A stretch of DNA of 64,000 nucleotides from Candidatus Saccharimonadota bacterium (lineage in GTDB: Bacteria; Patescibacteriota; Saccharimonadia; Saccharimonadales; SZUA-47), in contig CP065013.1 of the NCBI GenBank assembly GCA_016700315.1, positions 705,449-769,448 of the forward strand, read 5' to 3'. This document shows, one piece after another, positions 35,919 through 46,062 of the stretch. Position numbers and translations under genes: made by a program. Within the stretch, counting starts at the first letter, position 1. Every line of letters starts with the position of its first letter. The notes under the pieces are model-generated. The model saw nothing but the letters and a program-made list of their open reading frames with translations, did not search any database and was not told the DNA's origin.

Positions 35919-37076
35919 ATGAGCAATCGTTCTATTATTCCTCGCAATTTTGATCGTGTTGGAGAGGCTACATACGAGATGTCACTTATAGAAGGTAAGG
36001 GCATTTCATCGGATGTGTCGTTAAGAGTTTTCTTTGATCCTGATGGTTTATTAGGCAATACTATCTTGCAATTTGATGTTAGCCCAGTAGTAGACGATAG
36101 GCGAAAAGAGATAATCGCCAGTTATGGATTAGATCAACAACGCATACCTTGGTTTGACGGTCTTACCTGGGGGGTAATTCGTTACAATTTGCTTAATTCA
36201 ATGCTTGTGGTGCCCTTGGAACCAGGAGCACCAAGTGCTTCAAGCCCTGACCCCCATACGCGTATTGCAGAACATCTGGGTATTCGTTCAGAACGCGGGA
36301 TTGATGGAGATGGAAAAGATTTTCTTGACGTACGCTGCACCCTCGGCGCAAAAGCGCTAAGTGAGCTATATGACAGAGTGCGCGGCCTGGGGGATTCTGT
36401 GAAATTTACCGATTACCACAGCAATACTAACCCAGGAAACAATATGAGTTACGAGGGCGAGCAGCTGATCGAAGGGCTAAAAGACGGAACAGTTTTAGTT
36501 GCGCCAGTACCAGAAGAAGGCGTAAACGTTACAAACATTGCATGGTCAGCTATACACGACAACATACTACACTTATATGGCAATATACTACTGAGGACGC
36601 CGGCGTTCAATGAGCTTGTTCGAACTTTTGGTCCACGAAAAGATGTCAGCTATATTGACTCGGAACTGGCGTATGTTGCTGGAACGATAACAGAGCTAAT
36701 AGACTACGGATGGTACGAGCCTATCCGGCCAGGTGAAAACTATGTGCCGTACACTAAATTACACGAGCTCCTCATACCGTTTATTGATGACTCAAATCCA
36801 ATGGTTGCCAGGCTAATAAATGAGGCTCGTCTATTAAGAAAGATAAAAGATAGAACACAAGAGCCCACTGATGCGGAGTGGGATGAATACGTGCAACTTG
36901 TCCTAAGCCCTGACAGCGTTCTAGAGCAACTCGACGATGCGGCAAACTCAATTCCAAGACGCTTTGTTTCTGTAACCGGTAAAGAACTAAGAAAAGAGAG
37001 ATTAGATATGCTCTCTGTCATTTCTGCTCTTGGAGCTACCGCGGGTAATAATAGATATCGGGGCGGATTGAATTAG
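35919..37076 (+). CDS. hypothetical protein (385 aa)
   Basis: Long ORF. TATAGT at 35906-35911 lies 7 nt before the ATG. No domain recognised. Confidence 0.65.
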   Translation: MSNRSIIPRNFDRVGEATYEMSLIEGKGISSDVSLRVFFDPDGLLGNTILQFDVSPVVDDRRKEIIASYGLDQQRIPWFDGLTWGVIRYNLLNSMLVVPLEPGAPSASSPDPHTRIAEHLGIRSERGIDGDGKDFLDVRCTLGAKALSELYDRVRGLGDSVKFTDYHSNTNPGNNMSYEGEQLIEGLKDGTVLVAPVPEEGVNVTNIAWSAIHDNILHLYGNILLRTPAFNELVRTFGPRKDVSYIDSELAYVAGTITELIDYGWYEPIRPGENYVPYTKLHELLIPFIDDSNPMVARLINEARLLRKIKDRTQEPTDAEWDEYVQLVLSPDSVLEQLDDAANSIPRRFVSVTGKELRKERLDMLSVISALGATAGNNRYRGGLN

Positions 37077-37077
37077 G

Positions 37078-37194
37078 GTCCCCAAACAATTCCCATTGTT
37101 TGGGGTAGCTGAGGAACAAGACAAGACCCCGTTTATTTATATGCCACTTGCTAGCATAAAAATACACGAGGCTGGTCTTATTTCGGACGTGGTG
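37078..37194 (+). repeat. 117-bp repeat, copy Y
   Basis: It starts 2 nt after the stop of the 385-aa gene. The first hairpin is intact and the second is degraded relative to copy X. Confidence 0.85.
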
Positions 37195-37197
37195 GAT

Positions 37198-37368
37198 TTT
37201 TACAACTCCGCTAGAACCTATTTTGAGGAAAAATGCTGAAAAGTACGGCCCCGCCGCCTAGCACAGCAGAGCTGTGCTGCGCCCCGCCCAGAAAGCCCTT
37301 TGCATATTTTTTGAATTTCCCCCGCAGAGATTTTTTAGAAAAGGAAAAGGGTGTTTCTGGTTGGGTCG
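37198..37368. repeat. 171-bp inverted repeat, left arm
   Basis: Exact reverse complement of 38742-38912 by manual comparison. The two ORF-track peptides spanning the arms share an identical 51-aa C-terminal stretch (TQPETPFSFSKK...FPQNRF). Confidence 0.9.
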
Positions 37369-37471
37369 CGTTTCGGCATAGGCCGAAACAGACGGCGTGT
37401 CTGGGGCGGCACTGCCGCCCTCGTGTCGCTTGCGACACGCAAACAGGGGAAAATCTGTTAAAATTAAAAGT

Positions 37472-38095
37472 ATGAGCAAAGATAAATTTGATTTTAGTGA
37501 GGAGTTTCGCACTTCAAGAGTGCAAACAATAGCCAGAGGTGAATTATTTTGGACTGAAGTAGATATCTTAGACCTAAGCGATACTCAGACGGCTAATGTT
37601 CTAAAAGCTACTCTGGAGAATTACGGCATAAAAACCAACTACTTTCCTGCGGCACTTGCCGAACATCTTAAGAAAGTTCTGGGGGGCAGCGATTATGCTA
37701 AAGCTCCGTACCTTATTATTGCCGCGCACGGTGCCGAACAAGAAGGCTCGCTACATATGGACACTTTGGCTGATGAACTTGCAGCTACACAGGACTTTCA
37801 CGGCCAAATGACACCAGAAGACCTTTCAAAATTTGTAGATGTAAAAGATAAGGTCGTGATAAATGTTGCGTGTGTTGGCGGCGAAAAAGAATTAGCGAAA
37901 GTATTTATAGAAAAAGGTGGCGCAAAAGCCTATATTGCCGAGACATCTTCACCCTTTCATTATGTAAGTTCATTATTCCCGACATTGCTTTTCTATTTTC
38001 TGACTAACTACACAAACTTAAGTTTGGCAGAGGCTTTTGAACGCGCAAAGGCCGCCGATGCCGAAGAATTTAAAAGCTGGAAGCTCTTTGAGTAG
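37472..38095 (+). CDS. small CHAT/caspase-fold-like protein (putative Cys-His peptidase)
   Basis: I prefer the ATG at 37472, with an extended -10 TGtTAAAAT at 37456-37464 lying 7 nt upstream. 207 aa with LIIAAHG (His86) ... VINVACVGG (Cys134) ... KGGAKAYIAE ... LSLAEAFERAK, the order seen in CHAT/clan CD domains. This is motif-level inference only. Confidence 0.55.
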   Translation: MSKDKFDFSEEFRTSRVQTIARGELFWTEVDILDLSDTQTANVLKATLENYGIKTNYFPAALAEHLKKVLGGSDYAKAPYLIIAAHGAEQEGSLHMDTLADELAATQDFHGQMTPEDLSKFVDVKDKVVINVACVGGEKELAKVFIEKGGAKAYIAETSSPFHYVSSLFPTLLFYFLTNYTNLSLAEAFERAKAADAEEFKSWKLFE

Positions 38096-38142
38096 TGCTA
38101 TGGGGTTGGGTGGCAAAGTAATGACAGTGGAAATATAAACTT

Positions 38143-38712
38143 ATGAGCCTGAAGATCCTAATCATTGAGGGCATAGCAACTAGTGGTAAATCAACCATGA
38201 TTGAGTTGTTGCAGAAAAAGTTAAGCGACAAAAAGATTAAGGTATATGGTGAACCAGATACACATATACCTATAATGGAACAGCCAGCAGAGTTGCATCT
38301 GGATTTTTTCAAATCACTGCTTGATACCTCGTTAAATACCGAAGCTGATTACATAATCTTTGACCGACTTTATCTGACCCAAGCGTTTAGAGCAAAAGCT
38401 GACATTTCAAAGTATGAAGATATAGAAAATGTGCTACTACAACATCAAACACTTACTGTATTTTTGAAAGTGGACGAAAAGACTACCGCGAAAAGAGTGC
38501 AAACTGCCGCTGAACACCGCGAACAATCGTGGGTCGAGTACATAAAAACAAAAGGCAAAACCATTGAGGAGATAGCGCGGTATTATGTTGACCAACAGCG
38601 TAGCCAAATTGAACTACTCGCCACATCAAAAGTTAATAATAGAGTTTTTGATACCACCGAACACGAATACGATAAGATTGCTGACGAAATCCTGTCTATC
38701 TTTAAACTTTAA
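38143..38712 (+). CDS. P-loop kinase, thymidylate/deoxynucleotide kinase-like
   Basis: 189 aa. ILIIEGIATSGKST Walker A, ...VYGEPDT..., YIIFDRLYLTQAF (DR strand), lid-like basic segment. Confidence 0.6.
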   Translation: MSLKILIIEGIATSGKSTMIELLQKKLSDKKIKVYGEPDTHIPIMEQPAELHLDFFKSLLDTSLNTEADYIIFDRLYLTQAFRAKADISKYEDIENVLLQHQTLTVFLKVDEKTTAKRVQTAAEHREQSWVEYIKTKGKTIEEIARYYVDQQRSQIELLATSKVNNRVFDTTEHEYDKIADEILSIFKL

Positions 38713-38741
38713 GGATTGCCGCACCTGCGCTTTAACGCAGA

Positions 38742-38912
38742 CGACCCAACCAGAAACACCCTTTTCCTTTTCTAAAAAATCTCTGCGGGGGAAATTCAAA
38801 AAATATGCAAAGGGCTTTCTGGGCGGGGCGCAGCACAGCTCTGCTGTGCTAGGCGGCGGGGCCGTACTTTTCAGCATTTTTCCTCAAAATAGGTTCTAGC
38901 GGAGTTGTAAAA
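38742..38912. repeat. 171-bp inverted repeat, right arm
   Basis: Reverse complement of 37198-37368. Confidence 0.9.
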
Positions 38913-39038
38913 CTTCACCAAAAATGGACTAAAGTCAGAATTGTCGCCCGAAAGAACGGCTTTTTCTTTGGTTTTTGCTGCGCAAAACCAAAGAAAAAAC
39001 GGCGCAGCGCGCCGCTAATTCCAATTTTTGTCCATTTC

Positions 39039-39125
39039 TGGTGCGCGAGAGAGGACTTGAACCTCCAAGCTTTTTAAGGCACAGCCACCTCAAGGCTGCG
39101 TGTTTGCCAGTTTCACCACTCGCGC
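39039..39125 (-). tRNA. tRNA-Leu (anticodon GAG), CCA encoded
   Basis: The reverse complement reads GCGCGAGTGGTGAAACTGGCAAACACGCAGCCTTGAGGTGGCTGTGCCTTAAAAAGCTTGGAGGTTCAAGTCCTCTCTCGCGCACCA. Anticodon loop TTGAGGT, long variable arm. Confidence 0.9.
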
Positions 39126-39812
39126 GTTTGCACGATTTATTCTATCATTTTTATCTCTTGCTATGAAGCTAAGTAGTTTGTCTTTTTTTCTCCTTAGAGA
39201 AAATTTTTCTGAACAGGCCGTGCTATACATAGCATTACTAATCTTTTCTGAGTCTAGCTTGGCATAAGCGAGCGTATACGCTCTGTTGGATTTTTTTATA
39301 GACCCTTGAGTAGTACCACATAAGATTTTATTTTGTTTCTGAAGCCATTTAATATAATCGAGACTGGCAGAAGTGAAACCAGTGTAGTACATATAACTAG
39401 ACCGCCATCGCTTATCCGTGTATGCATAAGTAGTGCCGTCACCATCGAAATACCCTCTTAAAAAGTCGCCCCAGTACTCGTTTGGCAGTTTTACTTGTTT
39501 GATTGTCTTGCTCTTTCTTGGAGTAATCCCATGAGTATTAAAAAAGTCGTACAATGATACATCGCTAAATTGCCAGCAAAAGGCAAGGTTTCCTAGCTCT
39601 CCCTTTTTGATTTGGACCTTCTTACCTATCCCGCCTAGCGCCTCCTGGCAATATTCAATTATCTCATAGTCTTTTGAGGTTATATTAAGGTGGCGGCCGT
39701 TGCTAATAAGACAACCGTCAGAAGCGAATAGCCCCGCAATGTATGCTAACTCCTGTGTCCATAAGTAACTTTTTGTTTTCTTGTATCTTCTCATGGTATA
39801 AGTATATACCAA
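39090..39812 (-). CDS. LAGLIDADG homing endonuclease (double-motif, free-standing)
   Basis: 240 aa. Motif 1 YIAGLFASDGCL, motif 2 FLRGYFDGDGTT. The last 36 nt including the stop lie inside the 5' half of tRNA-Leu(GAG) on the same strand. Confidence 0.85.
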   Translation of the reverse strand: MVYTYTMRRYKKTKSYLWTQELAYIAGLFASDGCLISNGRHLNITSKDYEIIEYCQEALGGIGKKVQIKKGELGNLAFCWQFSDVSLYDFFNTHGITPRKSKTIKQVKLPNEYWGDFLRGYFDGDGTTYAYTDKRWRSSYMYYTGFTSASLDYIKWLQKQNKILCGTTQGSIKKSNRAYTLAYAKLDSEKISNAMYSTACSEKFSLRRKKDKLLSFIARDKNDRINRANARVVKLANTQP

Positions 39813-39851
39813 TTTGTTTTTTAAGAGTTGCTTGTGTACAATACTTTCAAA

Positions 39852-39928
39852 GGGCGCTTAGCTCAGTTGGCTAGAGCACCTCGTTTACACCGAGGGGGTC
39901 GCGGGTTCAAGTCCCTCAGCGCCCACCA
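39852..39928 (+). tRNA. tRNA-Val (anticodon TAC), CCA encoded
   Basis: GGGCGCT acceptor, D arm GCTC-AGTTGGCTA-GAGC, anticodon arm CCTCG-TTTACAC-CGAGG, T loop TTCAAGT. There is one C-U mismatch in the T stem. Confidence 0.88.
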
Positions 39929-39942
39929 AGTAGTCATTTTCC

Positions 39943-39970
39943 GAACCCCGGCCTGCAAAGGCCGGGGTTC
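39943..39970 (+). terminator. strong GC hairpin after tRNA-Val (GAACCCCGGCC-TGCAAA-GGCCGGGGTTC)
   Basis: 11-bp perfect stem with only a weak T tract after it. It marks the start of the GC-rich block. Confidence 0.5.
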
Positions 39971-40141
39971 GTCGTTCAACGCTTCCGACCGCTATCGCCA
40001 GCATCGTCACCAGATCGGTGAGCATACCCTTTTCCGGGCGCCGCCGAGGCACCGCGTGTGATAGGGTACCCGAAACGCAAGAACCCCGGCAGCTTGCGCA
40101 TCCTACCCCGGAGTCAAGTGCTGGTGCTGGGTGTCGCCAAG

Positions 40142-40474
40142 CTAGGCAGCGTCCGTTGCTAGCCCGTCATCGCGAATACTTTGACGGAATATCCCATCCC
40201 GTTGCCGCTCCAGCAGATTGACAGCCTCAATCTGTGTCGGTTCTAACGTACCCTCCAGCGCCGCCTGGATAAATGCCACGTCAGTCTCATAAGCCGGTCC
40301 ATATGCCCCGGCTAAGGCTGCCAACGCCACTTGCTCCGAGATGTTCGGCGCGCCCCGCCACGCATCGCATGGGATTATTGCACCAACATCGCCGTTGGAT
40401 GCAGACAGTATGTCGTCATACTCTGCCTCCAGAGCGGAGTAGAATTTTGGACTTCTGGTCATTTCTAAGGCCAT
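40142..40474 (-). CDS. hypothetical protein in the GC-rich block (110 aa), possibly a gene remnant
   Basis: Most plausible of several overlapping ORFs in a GC-rich segment. No Shine-Dalgarno sequence and no recognised domain. Confidence 0.3.
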   Translation of the reverse strand: MALEMTRSPKFYSALEAEYDDILSASNGDVGAIIPCDAWRGAPNISEQVALAALAGAYGPAYETDVAFIQAALEGTLEPTQIEAVNLLERQRDGIFRQSIRDDGLATDAA

Positions 40475-40634
40475 CTGTCTGGTCTTACTTGGTAACGCGA
40501 ACGGTCCCGCCAGACCCTTTCGGTAGACATTATACCACGTCCCGTGCGAAATTTGTGGTGGCCTAAATGCTACATAATTTCCATCATGTTAAGTAAGATG
40601 CTACAATATAATCACTAAACCTAAGGGGGTAAAA

Positions 40635-41207
40635 ATGCCAATTATTTGGATTGTTGTAGGTGCGGTAGCGCTAGTCGTGCTAGCTGTTATCGGTATGTAC
40701 AACGGACTAGTCAAAGCAAAAGTAAGGGTCGATGAGGCCTGGAGCGATATTACGGTTCAGTTGAAGCGCCGTGCCGACCTGATCCCGAATCTTGTAGAGA
40801 CTGTAAAAGCGTACGCCAAGCATGAAAAAGGCGTTTTCGAAGAAGTCACAGCCGCTAGATCGGCTATGATGAGTGCCGGCACTCCTGCCGAAGCTGCAAA
40901 AGCTGAAAACATGATGGCTGGTGCGCTAAAAAGCTTGTTTGCGGTAGCAGAAGCTTACCCTGATCTCAAGGCTAATCAGAACTTCCAGCAGCTACAGATG
41001 GAGCTGGTAGATACTGAAGACAAGATTCAGGCTAGCCGACGCTTCTACAATGGTGCAGCTCGTGATCTCAACATCAAAATCCGTACTTTTCCAACTATTA
41101 TTTTTGCTCGCATGCTTGGATTTACTGAGCGACAATTTTTCGAGCTTGACGAAGCCGAAAACGCCAGTGTTCAAGAGCCTGTAAAAGTAGATTTTGATAC
41201 AAAGTAA
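40635..41207 (+). CDS. lemA: LemA family protein
   Basis: 190 aa. N-terminal TM segment, YN.L........V.EAWS.I.VQLKRR.DLIPNLV..VK.YA.HE pattern. Confidence 0.9.
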   Translation: MPIIWIVVGAVALVVLAVIGMYNGLVKAKVRVDEAWSDITVQLKRRADLIPNLVETVKAYAKHEKGVFEEVTAARSAMMSAGTPAEAAKAENMMAGALKSLFAVAEAYPDLKANQNFQQLQMELVDTEDKIQASRRFYNGAARDLNIKIRTFPTIIFARMLGFTERQFFELDEAENASVQEPVKVDFDTK

Positions 41208-41274
41208 TCTGCCGCATAAAACAGCAAGCCTCCGAACCCAAACGAAGGCAAACAAAAACGTTTAGATAACTAAA

Positions 41275-42150
41275 ATGTATAGTCAAATACAAGCCAACAA
41301 AACCAAATCAGCCCTCATTTTGATGGGCTTTTTTGGCTTTGTGGCGCTACTTTCCTACCTGTTTTCAATTTGGTATCGTAATCCCAGCATAATGATTTAC
41401 GCACTACTCGGCTCGCTAGTTTATGCGCTAATAAGCTACTACAGCTCGTCAAAAATGGCTCTAGCTCTCAACGGTGCACGCGAGATTACCCGCCGCGATA
41501 ATCCGCAGCTATGGAACGTGGTTGAAAATATTTCGATGACTGACGGGCTACCAATGCCGCGCGTTTATATAATTGATGACCCGGGCTTAAACGCTTTTGC
41601 GACAGGCCGAAACCCCGAGAACGCTTCTGTGGCGATTACCAGCGGCTTGCTAGAAACATTGACCAAGGCTGAGCTTCAGGGTGTTATGGCGCATGAGCTT
41701 GGTCATGTAAAAAACTATGATATTCGAGTCAGTATGGTAGCTTTTGCACTAGCAAGTGTCATTAGTCTGTTGTGCGATTTTTTCCTGAGAATTAGCTGGT
41801 TTGGTGGCGGGGACGACGATAATAACAACACTCAGCTGCAAATTTTTGGCATCGTGGCTGCAGTTATCGCTCCATTTGTGGCTATGATGATCCAGATGGC
41901 GCTCTCTCGTAGACGTGAATACCTAGCAGATGCAACTGGCGCAGCCACAACCCGCTACCCTGAAGGACTTATAGGTGCTCTTGAGAAAATTCAGGCTTAC
42001 GGCTCGCAAACCCAGCGACAGAATTCCTCGACGGCGCATTTGTTTTTTGCAAACCCATTGAAGGGTAACTTCTTTGGAACGCTTTTTAGTACCCACCCGC
42101 CAATTGAAGATCGCATTGCTCGACTAAAGGAAATGGGCAGGAGCTTGTGA
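41275..42150 (+). CDS. htpX: M48 family zinc metalloprotease HtpX
   Basis: 291 aa. TM segments, HELGHVKN zinc motif, downstream E...EYLAD and a THPP..DRI C-terminus. Adjacent to lemA, as commonly seen. Confidence 0.9.
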   Translation: MYSQIQANKTKSALILMGFFGFVALLSYLFSIWYRNPSIMIYALLGSLVYALISYYSSSKMALALNGAREITRRDNPQLWNVVENISMTDGLPMPRVYIIDDPGLNAFATGRNPENASVAITSGLLETLTKAELQGVMAHELGHVKNYDIRVSMVAFALASVISLLCDFFLRISWFGGGDDDNNNTQLQIFGIVAAVIAPFVAMMIQMALSRRREYLADATGAATTRYPEGLIGALEKIQAYGSQTQRQNSSTAHLFFANPLKGNFFGTLFSTHPPIEDRIARLKEMGRSL

Positions 42151-42153
42151 TAA

Positions 42154-45155
<3,002 letters not shown>

Positions 45156-45208
45156 TATGGTCTCTATGGTTGCCGGGCCGAGGTCTTATAAGTTCTAAGA
45201 GTAGAATT

Positions 45209-45400
45209 TTATCTAAAGTAGACCAAACGCAGTTGCAGCAGAAGCAAGTTGGTGAAATCGTACTGTTGGGTCACCATCACGTGTTGGTTGGATGCCATGT
45301 GGCCAGCATGTAGTTGTTCGATGTCGAACTGTTGTGGATCAATGGCTAAATCAGCGTAAATACTTGCTCCATTAAGCAAAGTTTGGCTCGGTGCTTTCAT
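45209..45400 (-). CDS. small hypothetical protein (63 aa), last gene of the NAD salvage operon
   Basis: Its ATG overlaps the Nudix stop codon (TAATG), which suggests translational coupling. No motif recognised. Confidence 0.4.
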   Translation of the reverse strand: MKAPSQTLLNGASIYADLAIDPQQFDIEQLHAGHMASNQHVMVTQQYDFTNLLLLQLRLVYFR

Positions 45401-46062
45401 TATTCCGCACTTACCGCTACATCAATTATTGGCAAGTGTGGTTCAAACATATTTTTTGGCAATTGCTTCACGTTGAACCAGGCGGCCGCAAGGGCATCAT
45501 CTTTGCCTTCGACGAAGACGCTAGTACCTAAAAGCCATCTTACGGCCGTAGTCTCTGTCCAAGAATGAGCCGTAGACCTGTGATCGCCAAGTATGCCCTT
45601 AAATATGATTTTTGCCTCATCAATGTCTAGCGATATCGTTGTTTCTTCTTTAGCTTCGCGAGCAGCGGCAACTGCAACCGTCTCGTTTGGGTTCATAAAT
45701 CCACCAGGGAAAGCCCACTTGTGATTATCGCTTCGTAAAACTAAAAGAATTTTAGTTTTATTTTCGGCTAATACAACTGGGTCGACGGTGTAGTTTGGCC
45801 CCCATTCCCAAAAGAAACCTTTATTAGCCAAGACGCCATGCTTTAGTTTTTCGGCTAAATTTGGGTGTAAAGGGCGACCTAGCGAATCAATTTTTAAGCC
45901 TAAATCAGTGAAGCGCCTGACTTCTTCTGTGCACGGTAATGTGTTATTGGAGGCATCCCATGGCCCCTCTGGTATCGTTGGCAGACTTTCGTTACTAAAG
46001 TATCTGGTTTGCGGGTAGTCTATTAGCTGGGTGGGTTTGTTTAGCTCATAATTGTTATGCAT
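45400..46062 (-). CDS. Nudix hydrolase
   Basis: 220 aa. Nudix box GGFMNPNETVAVAAAREAKEETTI. Confidence 0.8.
   Translation of the reverse strand: MHNNYELNKPTQLIDYPQTRYFSNESLPTIPEGPWDASNNTLPCTEEVRRFTDLGLKIDSLGRPLHPNLAEKLKHGVLANKGFFWEWGPNYTVDPVVLAENKTKILLVLRSDNHKWAFPGGFMNPNETVAVAAAREAKEETTISLDIDEAKIIFKGILGDHRSTAHSWTETTAVRWLLGTSVFVEGKDDALAAAWFNVKQLPKNMFEPHLPIIDVAVSAE

Noticed and set aside
37211-37438. 75-aa ORF on the minus strand, and the tail of the 104-aa ORF at 38585-38899, both encoding ...TQPETPFSFSKKSLRGKFKKYAKGFLGGAQHSS...
   Set aside because: The two are the same sequence read out of the two arms of the 171-bp inverted repeat. They have no start context, and one overlaps the kinase gene. 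They are best explained as chance ORFs in repeat DNA.
39828-40566. Plus-strand ORFs at 39828-40061, 40018-40221 and 40273-40566.
   Set aside because: The first runs through tRNA-Val. All have Arg/Pro/Ala-rich translations typical of off-frame GC-rich DNA, and they overlap each other and the more protein-like minus-strand ORF.
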